From the NCBI GenBank assembly GCA_965644295.1, contig CBFFRP010000210.1, positions 62,001 through 126,000 of the forward strand: a DNA stretch of 64,000 bases, written 5' to 3'. Shown in pieces: positions 11,188 to 22,225 of the stretch. The notes under the pieces are model-generated. The model was not told the origin of the DNA. It did no database searches and saw only the letters and a program-made list of their open reading frames with translations. Numbering within the stretch: position 1 is the first letter of the stretch; the number at the start of each line of letters is the position of its first letter. The stretch comes from Paraphysomonas bandaiensis. Lineage: Eukaryota > Protista > Chrysophyceae. A program made the translations under genes and the position numbers.

Positions 11188-13315
11188 TTATGATTGCAAG
11201 AAACGCAAACGGTTAATTTCTTTTTTCATTTTGCAGTTATCATCAATTACTGAATTTTGTTGAGCAAGCATAACAAGAGTACCTTCATCAACAAATTTCT
11301 TCAATCCCTTCGTTCTCCTCTTTCGTCGTCTTGATTTATTCTTCTTACTTCTGTAGTCCTCCTCGTCGGCTTCGGAAGTTATTGAATCTTCATCATCATG
11401 AACGCTCCTCTTTCGCGAGCAGTTCGGCTTAGAAGTATCGGCAGGGCGAACTCGTTCTTTGGCAATGAGGGCATCAATTTGTTCCTGTTGATGCCTCACC
11501 ATTTCCGTCAACGATAAAATCGTCTTCTCCTGCTGATCCAGTATCTCACTGCGAACATTGCGAACATTCTCCCTTCCCACTTTCCACTCCTCCTCTACTA
11601 CATCGGACACCAAATAATATATATTATACTACCTTATCAAAACCAGTCTCTTTTTCTACCATTACCCAAGCAATTCCTCCATTTTGGGCCATTCCACGAT
11701 GCTTATTTACAGAAGCACTATAAGGATATCACAGTGCTTGCAATCCCATTTTGGAGGCAAATTTTTTTGAACTCGATTGAGGTGTTTCCTTTTTTCTTTT
11801 CTTCTTCCTCTCCTTCGTGGACACAGGAACCACTACGACTACCTCATCATCATTTTTTGATGTCACCAGCTTCTTCTTTTTAGAAGCCTAGATGATTTTA
11901 CACTGGACCCGTGTACGTGGCGTGCTCCTTCAGCTACTCCGTCTAGATTTATAGTTTCTTTTGGAAGGACAGTTCTGTCCCACGCTTTCATAGGATTTTT
12001 GGTATTGATAGAGATACCTCTAGAAGAGTCATACTGCCATCTATTGGCTTTAATATATGTTTCGAACACTCTAATTCATAAAGTTAAAAGAATTTGTTAT
12101 TACAAATAAACAAGTGGACACAAACAAGTGGACACAAAATATTAATAATAAACTTACTGGGTAAAAAATTCCACATCGTATACAGAATTTAAATCGCAAG
12201 ATAGTTGGTATTTAAGCAACCATCACTGTAAATTTTTAATCCGTACGGCATTCCCGTCGTTAGTCAACAGAGTCCCATCAAGACGAGGACGATCACATCT
12301 TGTCTCCCAAATCTCCCAGAGCATCCAGCCATCCCCTTCAACTGCCTGACTACAAGAAATTATTGATTTGAGGCGAGTGTGACATAACCAACCCCGTCCA
12401 GTCTTCAAATCTACGATGCCGTGGTAATGCTTGTATCCGAATAGTAACGGCGTCGGGTTTGGAATAAGTTGAAAAAATTTCTTTGTTTTTCCGGTAACGT
12501 GGTCTTGGTCATTCACGAAAGCTTCAAAAGCGAGGTCGTATCCTGAAACCACGACGTCGTACCGGCTTAGTCCCTGATAATAACACATATTCATGAATAG
12601 ACAACAGCTTACAAACATACATAACATTCATACATGGTGTATATAGATACATACATACAAACACACATACATACATACATACATACATACATACATACAT
12701 CGTACACACATACATACATCGTACACACATACATACATACATACCTACATACATCGTACATACATATATCGCTATACTCTATGTAGTATACACAGCAGTG
12801 TCTCACCTCAGTATGTAGTACATTGCTTAGCACACCACCAATGGATTTGCCGCAATTATTTACCTTGGCAGAATCATCTTCAGATAGATCTGAATCTTCA
12901 TCCTCATAAAGCTTTCGCAACGATTAATCACTCGTTCATCATCACTGGACTTGTCTTCTTCGGGTACCTCATTAACTGGACTGCTTGAAATTTTTAGCTG
13001 AAAACATAATACACAGACATCACTATATTGAATTAACTGTATTTATATATTTTATGATGACTTACCACTCTCTTTGGAATAGCACGCTGCACAGAGCTTT
13101 GCATAAACGCCGTCAGAACCTTTCTCATTCATTGGGAAAGATGCACCACACCCATCCAATCCAGAACACTCAGTCATTTCAGTCTCTGCTTCGATAGGAT
13201 GGGATTCAACCTCTTCAACCTCCTCATCATTGGAATCGTCGCTTTCATTCACTCCAGAGGTACCCTGTACTCCTTCTTGCAGCGCGTCAACATCAACATG
13301 TGGTTCAGGGATCAT
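11188..13315 (-). pseudogene. Fragmented multi-exon hypothetical gene(s) inside the transposon nest
   Basis: Colinear minus-strand ORF pieces at 13052-13315, about 12790-12960, 12223-12575, 11863-12069 and 11188-11613, separated by intron-like AT/TACA-rich gaps. No recognisable domain. Confidence 0.35.
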
Positions 13316-13894
13316 TGTACAGTACTTGTTTATTGATTGACTGTAAATTGTGTAGAGTATGTATGCATGTATATAAATAATAACACTCTACATGCAACTC
13401 AACATGACTGTGAAGATGGTTTGGAGGTGATGAAAAATCAAATTCAAAAGTCGACAGCTACATCCATGCGCAGCATAACATATACAAAAACACGTACAAA
13501 AAAAATTTGAATTTGACCAAAAACACGCCACAGGAGAATCGAACACGCGTCATGAGTGTGTGGTGAGGACGCGGTGTGCATCCCACTACACCGCAACCAC
13601 ACTGCACGAGCAGTGACTACAACACGCACATCTTGACCATAATACATATGCATCATATACATATGCATCATATTAACACACCATAGATAGATATGTCAGT
13701 AAAGCGTGACAATTAGGATAGTGTTGAGTGGTATAGTCGAGTGCTTACTCGGTCACAGGTTGAATTATAGCTGCCATCATAAGCACTTATTCAGGCCCTC
13801 TTCCAATAAATGCCATCAGCTCTTTCGAGATGACGCAATCTCACAGGTATAGTCGGATCCACTGATAGATGTCTGTATTCGTTCCTGTACTATA

Positions 13895-14591
13895 TATGTA
13901 TGTATATATGGATTCATGGTGATTGAGCGCGGAGTTATTTCTCCTCACTTATGTGAGTTTGATGAATTAATGAGGTGAAACTCCTCAGCGTGCTCCCTCC
14001 CAGGGTTAATGGCAGGTAGATGATTGGCAGCGTAGCTTCTGCTTAGATCGTCCCAGTCCCTGGCTTGGTTGAACCTGTGCTCTCATCATTGAAACTGTAT
14101 ATATAATTGTTCTCATACAATTGTTTATTGATGTTGTCTATGTATGTATATATGGATTCATGGTGATTGAGCGCGGAGTTATTTCTCCTCACTTATGTGA
14201 GTTGATGAATTAATGAGGTGAAACTCCTCAGCGTGCTCCCTCCCAGGGTTAATGGCAGGTAGATGATTGGCAGCGTAGCTTCTGCTTAGATCGTCCCGGT
14301 CCCTGGCTTGGTTGAACCTGTGCTCTCATCATTGAAACTGTATATATAATTGTTCTCATACAATTGTTTATTGATGTTGTCTATGTATGTATATATGGAT
14401 TCATGGTGATTGAGCGCGGAGTTATTTCTCCTCACTTATGTGAGTTGATGAATTAATGAGGTGAAACTCCTCAGCGTGCTCCCTCCCAGGGTTAATGGCA
14501 GGTAGATGATTGGCAGCGTAGCTTCTGCTTAGATCGTCCCAGTCCCTGGCTTGGTTGAACCTGTGCTCTCATCATTGAAACTGTATATATA
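13895..14591 (+). repeat. Tandem array of about 2.9 copies of a 243-244 bp unit with extensive predicted RNA structure
   Basis: GATTCATGG recurs at 13911, 14155 and 14398. Copies differ by one T indel and one A/G substitution. Confidence 0.95.
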
Positions 14592-14687
14592 TTGAAGCAT
14601 TTTCCTTATATATTTTGCTTCTACTGTATTTTACAATTTATGACGTCGACGTTATAGCTAATCCTGCTCTCCGTAGATACTGTAGCC

Positions 14688-16285
14688 TTGGAGGGCCACG
14701 CAGATGCAATTACGAGATCAGCATGTTGCCAGAATATGTGTCTACTCCGAACCCTCGGTTATGAACAAGGAAAGATGTTGGTGTTTGAGTCCCTTAAAGG
14801 TCGAGATTCAATGAATCGCGCAGAACGAAGGGATCACATCCGTCAGATACTAGAGACCTGTATAGTGTCTCGACACTCAGATTCCGGTTATTGCAAAATG
14901 GAATGGAAGATTGGAGACAACTTAAGATGAAGACACGGGTATCTGGCGTATGCAAGGATTGTTTTTGTAATGTGTATGGTGTGTCACCATCACATGTTGA
15001 TATGGTTGTTCGTGAACTCAAAACTGGCACGATAAACTCGTCACAAGTATTCTCATACCACAGTACTTCTCCTCTTGCTGTACTTGCCGGATTGAGAAGA
15101 GTTGCGAAGTCTTTTGGTATTCATTTGACCAAGCGGCAAGTGGCTGCTGCGAAACTACCCAACAGCCCCGTGGTGAGTAGATTTTTAAAATTATATTGGA
15201 CGTGTTGTCTGCATTTGTAATTATATTATGTATAATGTAGTTTATGTGACAGTAATAATGTACTACGTTTAGGTTCTATCTGCATACGGATGGATGCTAG
15301 ATCATTTCAAGCTGGTGGGTGATTATCAACCTAACCTAGGAGGAGAAATCCATTTAGAGCCCCGACATATTGTTGAAATTACAGAGAGTACACGCTGGAC
15401 CTGCAGCACGCTGAGATACCTGCAGTTTCTGTTGATCAATTTGCATCGATTTGGACCAACTGCCTGCCATATGTGAAAATCCGAGAGTTCAAAGCAGTTA
15501 CTGGTAAATGTCAATGCTGTGCTGACCTAAGCACACTGCGACGTACTCACAAGTCACAAATGGACAGGGAGTATGTCACCACGATGCATGCACTGCACCG
15601 CAGTGCATACATGGGGGAACGGGCGGCCTATGCGGAGCGTCGGCACAAAGCGATCATGCAAAAGCGAGTTTTATGTCGTGCATATCAGATGGAATGGCCC
15701 AGAATCATTGCATTCTTCCACATTTTGGGAATCAAAACAGTTGGGGGACAGATAGTCTGCCGCAGCATCTTCAAGGAGTACTTAATCACAATCGAGGAAT
15801 TATCATCATCTACCGTACGTTTCATACAGTTAACAACTGTTCAAATGTGGGATGCATTGTTTTCTAGATACTTTACAGAAAACCATCAACGCGGAGGGGA
15901 AATTGCCGGATACTGTTTTCTATCAAATTGATGGAGGTCCAGAAAACCCAGCGTATTGTTGGTTTGCACTCTGTGAGTTGATTGTAGCACGACGTCTGTG
16001 TAAGCGTTTAGTGTTGACTCGACTAATGGTGGGGCATACGCACGAAGATATTGATTCTAAGTATGGTACTTTGTGGAAGAAAATAAGGTACGACGCAATA
16101 TGAACTCTTACTTTACGTTGTCTTTGTGTTAATATGTATGTCCAGATCCAAATACGTGTACACCCCACAACAGTACAAAGATCACATTGAATCTGCACTG
16201 TCGACAAAAAAATCACGCTGCATTGTGGAAGATCTTTTCGCGATTCCAGACTACAAGAAACTATTGGACGCTCACACAGACAGAC
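14688..16285 (+). pseudogene. Decayed DUF7869-type (Sola-like DDD) transposase with introns and frameshifts
   Basis: Pieces in different frames: VCKDCFCNVYGVS, CQCCADL...H...ERAAYAERR, ISDGMAQNHCILPHF, LPDTVFYQIDGGPEN, and LTRLMVGHTHEDIDSKYG (the GHTHEDID signature). Confidence 0.75.
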
Positions 16286-16289
16286 GGTT

Positions 16290-17308
16290 AAACGCCCAAA
16301 TTAAGGGTGAGAAGACAAGCCAAAAAATAGAGGCTGAGTGGAAGAAGGTTCAAAAACAGTGGAAGCGGATTGGTTTGAGACATGAATCGTTTCATTTGCC
16401 AGATTCAGACCTTTTCAGTCAATATCCAACATTAGTAGAGCTGCGACGGCTAACGCTCCTGAGCATATTTCTTTAGTTTGTTACACCTGCACTTGTCACG
16501 ACAATTGCCCGAGATAGAGATCCTGAGCACATCTCTTTTAACAGAGGAAACTCTGTGCTGTTCACTGTGAGTAAGATATAACAAGATGTGTGCTATTTGG
16601 ATTCGTATTTATGGCGAACAATTCGTGCTTACTGGTGTCCAGAAGAAGGTCCGTCCACTGTGTTCAGGACTGGAATAATACCGAAAAGAGTTCAGAATAA
16701 ATTATCCTACGATTTCGTCGTTTGGCATAGTATTTGCCGAAACATTCACTGCCAACTTTACGTTTGACAAGCTCTACTCTGAAGATGTCTCCTTGCAGTT
16801 TAAGAGTATTCGTAGAGGAATTATTAATCCGAAGCAATTCCTGCGTTGTTGACACGATTGGTGCAGCACGGAGTAGATATGTGGGGAAAATGGAATGGGT
16901 ATAGAACAAAAGAAAGAAGCAAATAGTTGTGCACGCTCATAGGAAAGATGGGAAGCAACACACAGTATTAAGTAATGCGTATACGAGGCGGACAACCAAG
17001 GCCTCGACATCATATATGTATTCCTGTGCGTGATGACTATTACAAGCTGTTTTATGCCTATGACAAATACAACAAGCAAATCAAACAGAGGGTATGACCA
17101 CACAGGGATGGTGGCAATGGGCGTTTGGGTGAGGCGGGAGAGCATAATTTATTTGTTTATGTTTGGTTGTATAATAGAAAACACTGTCAACGCATATCGT
17201 CATATAATGAATGTCGATTCCGAAGATTTTGAGTACTTTGGTTATTGTCAAACTCTAGCAAACGATTTGTATGTGTATGCAAGCACACTCTCTGATAGTA
17301 CTATTTAG
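16290..17308 (+). pseudogene. Decayed piggyBac-like (PGBD-type) transposase, copy 1
   Basis: WKRIGLRHESFHLPD, FVTPALVTTIARD, AIWIRIYGEQ, DDYYKLFYAYDKYNKQIK, FGCIIENTVNAY, LANDLY. Clearly homologous to 18330-19300 on the minus strand. Assignment to piggyBac is by loose motif similarity. Confidence 0.55.
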
Positions 17309-17600
17309 TAGAGTAATACAATAAATTTAATTGATTTGGACGTAAATATATTACTTCTTATAAGTGTGGTTACTGACTGTGGTTAATGAGTGTGGTTAAG
17401 ACCAAATGTAAAAAGGTTTCTTGGAATCGTCATCATTATACAACATTAATATTCTTCATTACCTCTGTCTAAATTATATCAACAATAAACATGAGGTTTT
17501 CATGATGAAATTTTAAAAAAGTCCCAAATTTAGAAATTTTTCCCAAGTTTGAAAAAAGTTTGCTTTATATAACACCAATATTTTGCGCTGATTCTACGTG

Positions 17601-17700
17601 TAGTAACAGTAGTAGTGAATGTCTTATCATTAGCAACAGGCGTGTAAGAGTCAGAGCGAATTTATAGCAAAACAATTTAACTAATGAGTGCTTAACTCTG
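17601..17700 (-). mobile_element. Family B 3' tail joined to a different upstream sequence (possible partner LINE end)
   Basis: The reverse complement CAGAGTTAAGCAC..TTAGTTAAATTGTTTTGCTA..CTGACTCTTACACGCCTGTTGCTAATGATAAGACATTCACTACTAC matches 6610-6697. Confidence 0.7.
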
Positions 17701-18222
17701 TCTAGGCCTGAACGGTATTGGCCGAGCCTCTCTATCCCCTAGATGGCGGGGTTTCTCGTAATCATGTATGGAGTATGCAAATATATTGTGTAGATCTCCT
17801 AACTGGAGATTTCTGCTCTGCAGTATGATGCGATACAGATTGTGCAATAATTGAAGTGGTTAATAGTGTGCAATAGGTGAGATAAACTCGTGTAACGGGT
17901 GAATATAGTTACAAATGAAGTAAATTGAGTTACTGATGTGTGATAATGTAAAATATAGGAGTGATTACTGAACATATGACAAACAGATGTTGCTGAAAAC
18001 TGAGAACAGATGTCATGAATATGTTTTGAAGTGTGTAGATAAATATTTAAAAATTTTTACATGTAAGTGCATTGTGTTCAATAAAGCAAGGTTAAAGTTT
18101 ACGTCTATAGCAAGGTTAACTTCAGTGAAATGTCCAATTCTAACAGTCACCACAAAGAATATACAAAAAAATACGCCGGGATCATTTTAATAAAAATATA
18201 TACGCCTCTTAGTTTAATCAAC

Positions 18223-19589
18223 TTAGACTAAACCATAGTCTGTAACCATAGTCTGTAACCAATGATATAAAGTGGAATTATTACAACACTGAGCAAACCA
18301 ATCACGGTACCCCTCTATTCCATAGCTTCCTTAGATAGAGTATCAGCATGTGTGTACAATTCACTAGCTAACGAGTTACAGAACTATAATAATCGATACT
18401 ATTTGTATCTATCGAACAAATACTACAATACGCATGGAATGTATTTTGCGAACCACAGCCGAACGCAAACGAGCTACACTTTCCTCTTTCGCGTAGATGC
18501 CCTCCACTACCATGCCGATGAGGCCATATCCTCTCTTTAATCTGCGAATTGAATACATCACATGCTGCAAACATCTTACCGTAGTCGGAGCACACAGGCA
18601 CAGAATTGGTGGTAGACTTCGTAGGTGATCTATGATAAGCATTGAACAAGGCGGTTTATTTCTTGCCATCCTTGGTATAAGAATGAACTAGGGGTTCTTT
18701 ACGCTGTTGATTCCACACTCCATTCCACTGTCCTCGCTTATTGACACCTTCACGAACTTCACGAGTGAGTGCTTGGAAGCGCTGTGGGTTCTAAGCTCCA
18801 ATATCTTACTTTATTCCTTGCAAGCCCTTCTCTTGCAGCTTCATCAAGATAATACGAATCGACTATCAAATAAAAATTTTGTTGTCGCAATTTCCATGAA
18901 TCGTATGCCAAGAGAATCAATCCTTGGATAGCAATCCCTAAAGTGGTCTCACTACCATATAAGTTGCTCTCGCAAAGGTCGCGAATGACGTATTACACCT
19001 CTTGGGGCATGTTGTTCTCCATAAATTCGAATCCAAATTGCAAGAGGCTTATATATAGAACACAATGAAAGCAAAATTACTGCTCCACAGTCATATCTCA
19101 AGTCGGCAGGGTCAATATCCTGGGCAATTTTCGTCACAAGAGATACTGTAACAAAACGCACGAATATCTTGAGGAAGCTGACAGTGCGCAAATTAAACGT
19201 AGGTTATCGATCTGCATCAACCGTATCAGGCAGATGGTATGACTCATTGGCCAAATGAATTGGTCTCCAGCGCCCAGTGATCTCTATTTCCTGAGCACGC
19301 TCTGAGCTTCATGTCGCGTCATCTTCATCGTTGCAAAGAGAACCTGATTTGCGCTTTCGAAATGCCATGTCAAACTATGAGTGAATGGGGGATATAATGA
19401 ACTTACCAGCACATTAATTTGACCTGCAATTCGCTGACTCAACACTGTGATTGTGAAGTGTGAAGTGTGGTTCACACTGTCTGATTTCGACTGATTTTAT
19501 GACAGTTATTTTATGTATGAAAATCGACGTTATTTTCAGTTTTTTTTCAGTTTTTTTTCAGTATGGTTGCAGACTATGGTTTAATCTAA
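18223..19589 (-). mobile_element. Decayed piggyBac-like transposase copy 2, bracketed by a 28-bp inverted repeat
   Basis: WRPIHLANESYHLPD, FVTVSLVTKIAQD, AIWIRIYGEQ, DYGKMFAACDVFNSQIK, LASELY. The inverted repeat is 18223-18250 / 19562-19589 with 2 mismatches. Confidence 0.6.
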
Positions 19590-19951
19590 CTAACACTTTA
19601 CTTGGGCACCTCACGGAATGGGTCACTAGTATATTGCAATAGTATTGTTGGACCAGATAAAACCAATAGTAATGATTCATACCTCAATACTATTACGATT
19701 TATTGTTTCCAAGCCCCGGCTGTACAACATGTACCATACATAAAACGGTCTTAACAATATATGATTTTGATTATTGTTATTAGAATACTTACACATAAGA
19801 AAAATATATTTGTAAGAAAGATGGACAATACCAACCCATAGTAAACGCACTTCAGATGCACAATCGCTGCTTGTGAAGCAATTGTCAGTAACAAACTAAT
19901 CGTCACTGCACAACATGAAATCGAATTAAAATAACCAAAACAAACATTAAA

Positions 19952-20673
19952 CTACACAAGACATCTTTCCCACGCCTCCTTATCTTCTTCCCATTCGTCT
20001 CTGGAAATTATACTTGGACAATCTCCACGTGGGGGAACAGTAACATCAACTCCAAGAACCCCGTTCAGATGATCTATCTCATGCTCCAGCAATTCCGAAA
20101 CATCAGAGGTGCAGTTATTCCAATGCTGCGTTTCACCAAACTGATCAATAAATGAAACAGATATCGACTTAGGTCTTTTAACTGCTGTAAGCATATTGGG
20201 ATAACTTAAACAGCCACCTGTCCAAACACGTAAATAAATGATGTGATGCTTTAAAATCATTTCCCCGATCACTTACCCCACATCATAAAAGTCTCATCTG
20301 ACTTATGTGTAATTACTGGATTTATCATCGTTACAGGTCCATCAATATTCACGCAGACAATACGTAGATTATAACCAAATTGTGGGGCAGCTATAGCTCT
20401 TCCAAATCCATATTTGGATCTAAAATCAAGTAGTGTGGCGTGTCCTTCAGCTATGGCCATTTTCACCGTTGGATCATATAGGATTTCATCAATGGTGACT
20501 GACCTGGACGGGGTATTTAATATAGGATCCCCTATACGGCGTATATCAACAGGTGATGTGTGATATGATGTCGTGTTATCAGAGGGATCGATATCCATAA
20601 ATACAGAGCCATAGGACACCATAAATGATATGAATATCATTGATAAGACAACACAATGTGATAACATGTTCAT
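19952..20673 (-). CDS. def: Peptide deformylase-family protein with an N-terminal signal peptide
   Basis: Exons 20673-20277 and 20217-19952 (intron 20218-20276). Motifs GDPIL, GRAIAAPQFG, GGCLS and HEIDH. Confidence 0.88.
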
Positions 20674-21337
20674 AGCTTTCAAATTAAGTGAATAATAACA
20701 AATGAATGATGTATGTATCTATCAAATGAGTCAGTTGGTTAATAGTGACACATGCTACTGAACTGACTGCATGTGTGTATGTATGTTCTCGAATAGAAAC
20801 ATCTGGAATTCTGACTTCGTTTCCTTCCTTTACCAATCATAATTAGGATATATAGAGTATTGTATATTGATTGGATATTTGGTTATTGCTGCTGGTGAGG
20901 ATTAAATATTTGGTTTCACATGGTTTGGATGGGACTGACCTCAGAGTGTACAGTAGAATACAGTGTATTCCTGCATATACTGATAAAATTAATACAGAGA
21001 ATATACAGTGTATTCCTGTCCAGTCTATTGTCATAAAAACCTGTAGTTTTATATAAAATATAAAACTTATGAAAACCCATAGTCCACAACAAATTCCATT
21101 GAAATTTGAATTAATATCTCTTATTTTATATAAAAATCCCTATTTAATACCTATTTTTATAAGTACACTGAATCTCAAGTCCATATTTATGCAAGCAATA
21201 ACAGTGGCTGAGAGTCCTCTACATACATACATACATACACACATACATACATACTTTAACCAGATCTCCAAACTATCTCATATATTGCATACTATATAAA
21301 CTTATTCCATTTTATTTATTAATTTTATTATAATAAA

Positions 21338-22016
21338 ATGCGTAGAACTTTTGTGAATTTAAGTCGTGGTGCTAAAGGCAGAGGATGGTATAAGAAATTT
21401 ATGGAAGAAGGACAAGATGGTTTTCAACGTGGTGTACCACCCACACCATTTGATTGGAATGCAGGAAATATATTACGACCTAAAGTATTTTTTGATATGT
21501 CTTTAGAACAAGAAAAAATTGGTCGTATTGTCATTGAACTTGCTGATGATATTGTGCCAAAAACTGCTTCTAATTTTATCTCACTTTGTACTGGAAATGG
21601 AAAGTTTTCTTATAAGGGAACAAAATTGCATGATATTATTAAGGGGAAAACAATTAGGGCTGGAGATGTAGAATCAGAGACCGGGCAATACAGTCATTCT
21701 TCTTTTGAAACTAGGTATTTCAGAGATGAGAATTTTATCATTCCGCACTCAGAAAGAGGTTTGCTGAGCATGGTCTCCAGTGGCATACACACCAATGGAT
21801 CTCAGTTCTATATCACACTGAGTGAAACAAGTTACCTAAATGGAAGAGGGGTTGTATTCGGAAGAGTAGTGGAGGGGGATGACGTCTTACAGGCTATTGA
21901 AAAGGTAGTGATCGAAATATAACACTATCGTTGTAACAAAACTATGTTTGCAGGTGTTCACTTTCAGAGGATCACCAGCCCGTGACATTGTCATATCAGA
22001 TTGTGGAGCCTTATAA
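21338..22016 (+). CDS. Cyclophilin-family protein, probably mitochondrial, with a degenerate active site
   Basis: Intron 21905-21953. VFFDM, VPKTASNF, DENF, TNGSQFYIT, VVFGRVVEG, IVISDCG. Arg/Ser-rich, acid-free N-terminus. Confidence 0.9.
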
Positions 22017-22225
22017 GTGGATTTCATGAGAATAATAGTGTTCATGGCTGCAGATGCAGTTGTACTGAGGGACTCTTACTGTGTGTACATCTGTGAAGCG
22101 AGTCACGACAAGTGAGCAGATTAAAAACTGCTGTCAATATAAGTAATAATACAGGAGTTGTATAAATTTGCTTTGTCGTTGATCGGGTGTCTATAGCACC
22201 GAAATATTACAAATTCCTGATTGCG

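Noticed and set aside
13895-14591. Hammerhead, twister or true tRNA reading of the 243-bp unit
   Set aside because: TTGATGA..GAAAC on the + strand and CTGAGGA..GAAA on the - strand lack properly paired stems II/III. The CCRGTCCC..GC segment lacks the twister GAGGG/P1 context. The anticodon-position loop is only 4 nt and there are no Pol III A/B boxes.
13895-14591. CRISPR-like array
   Set aside because: Units are identical end to end with no variable spacers, no cas genes are present, and the context is eukaryotic.
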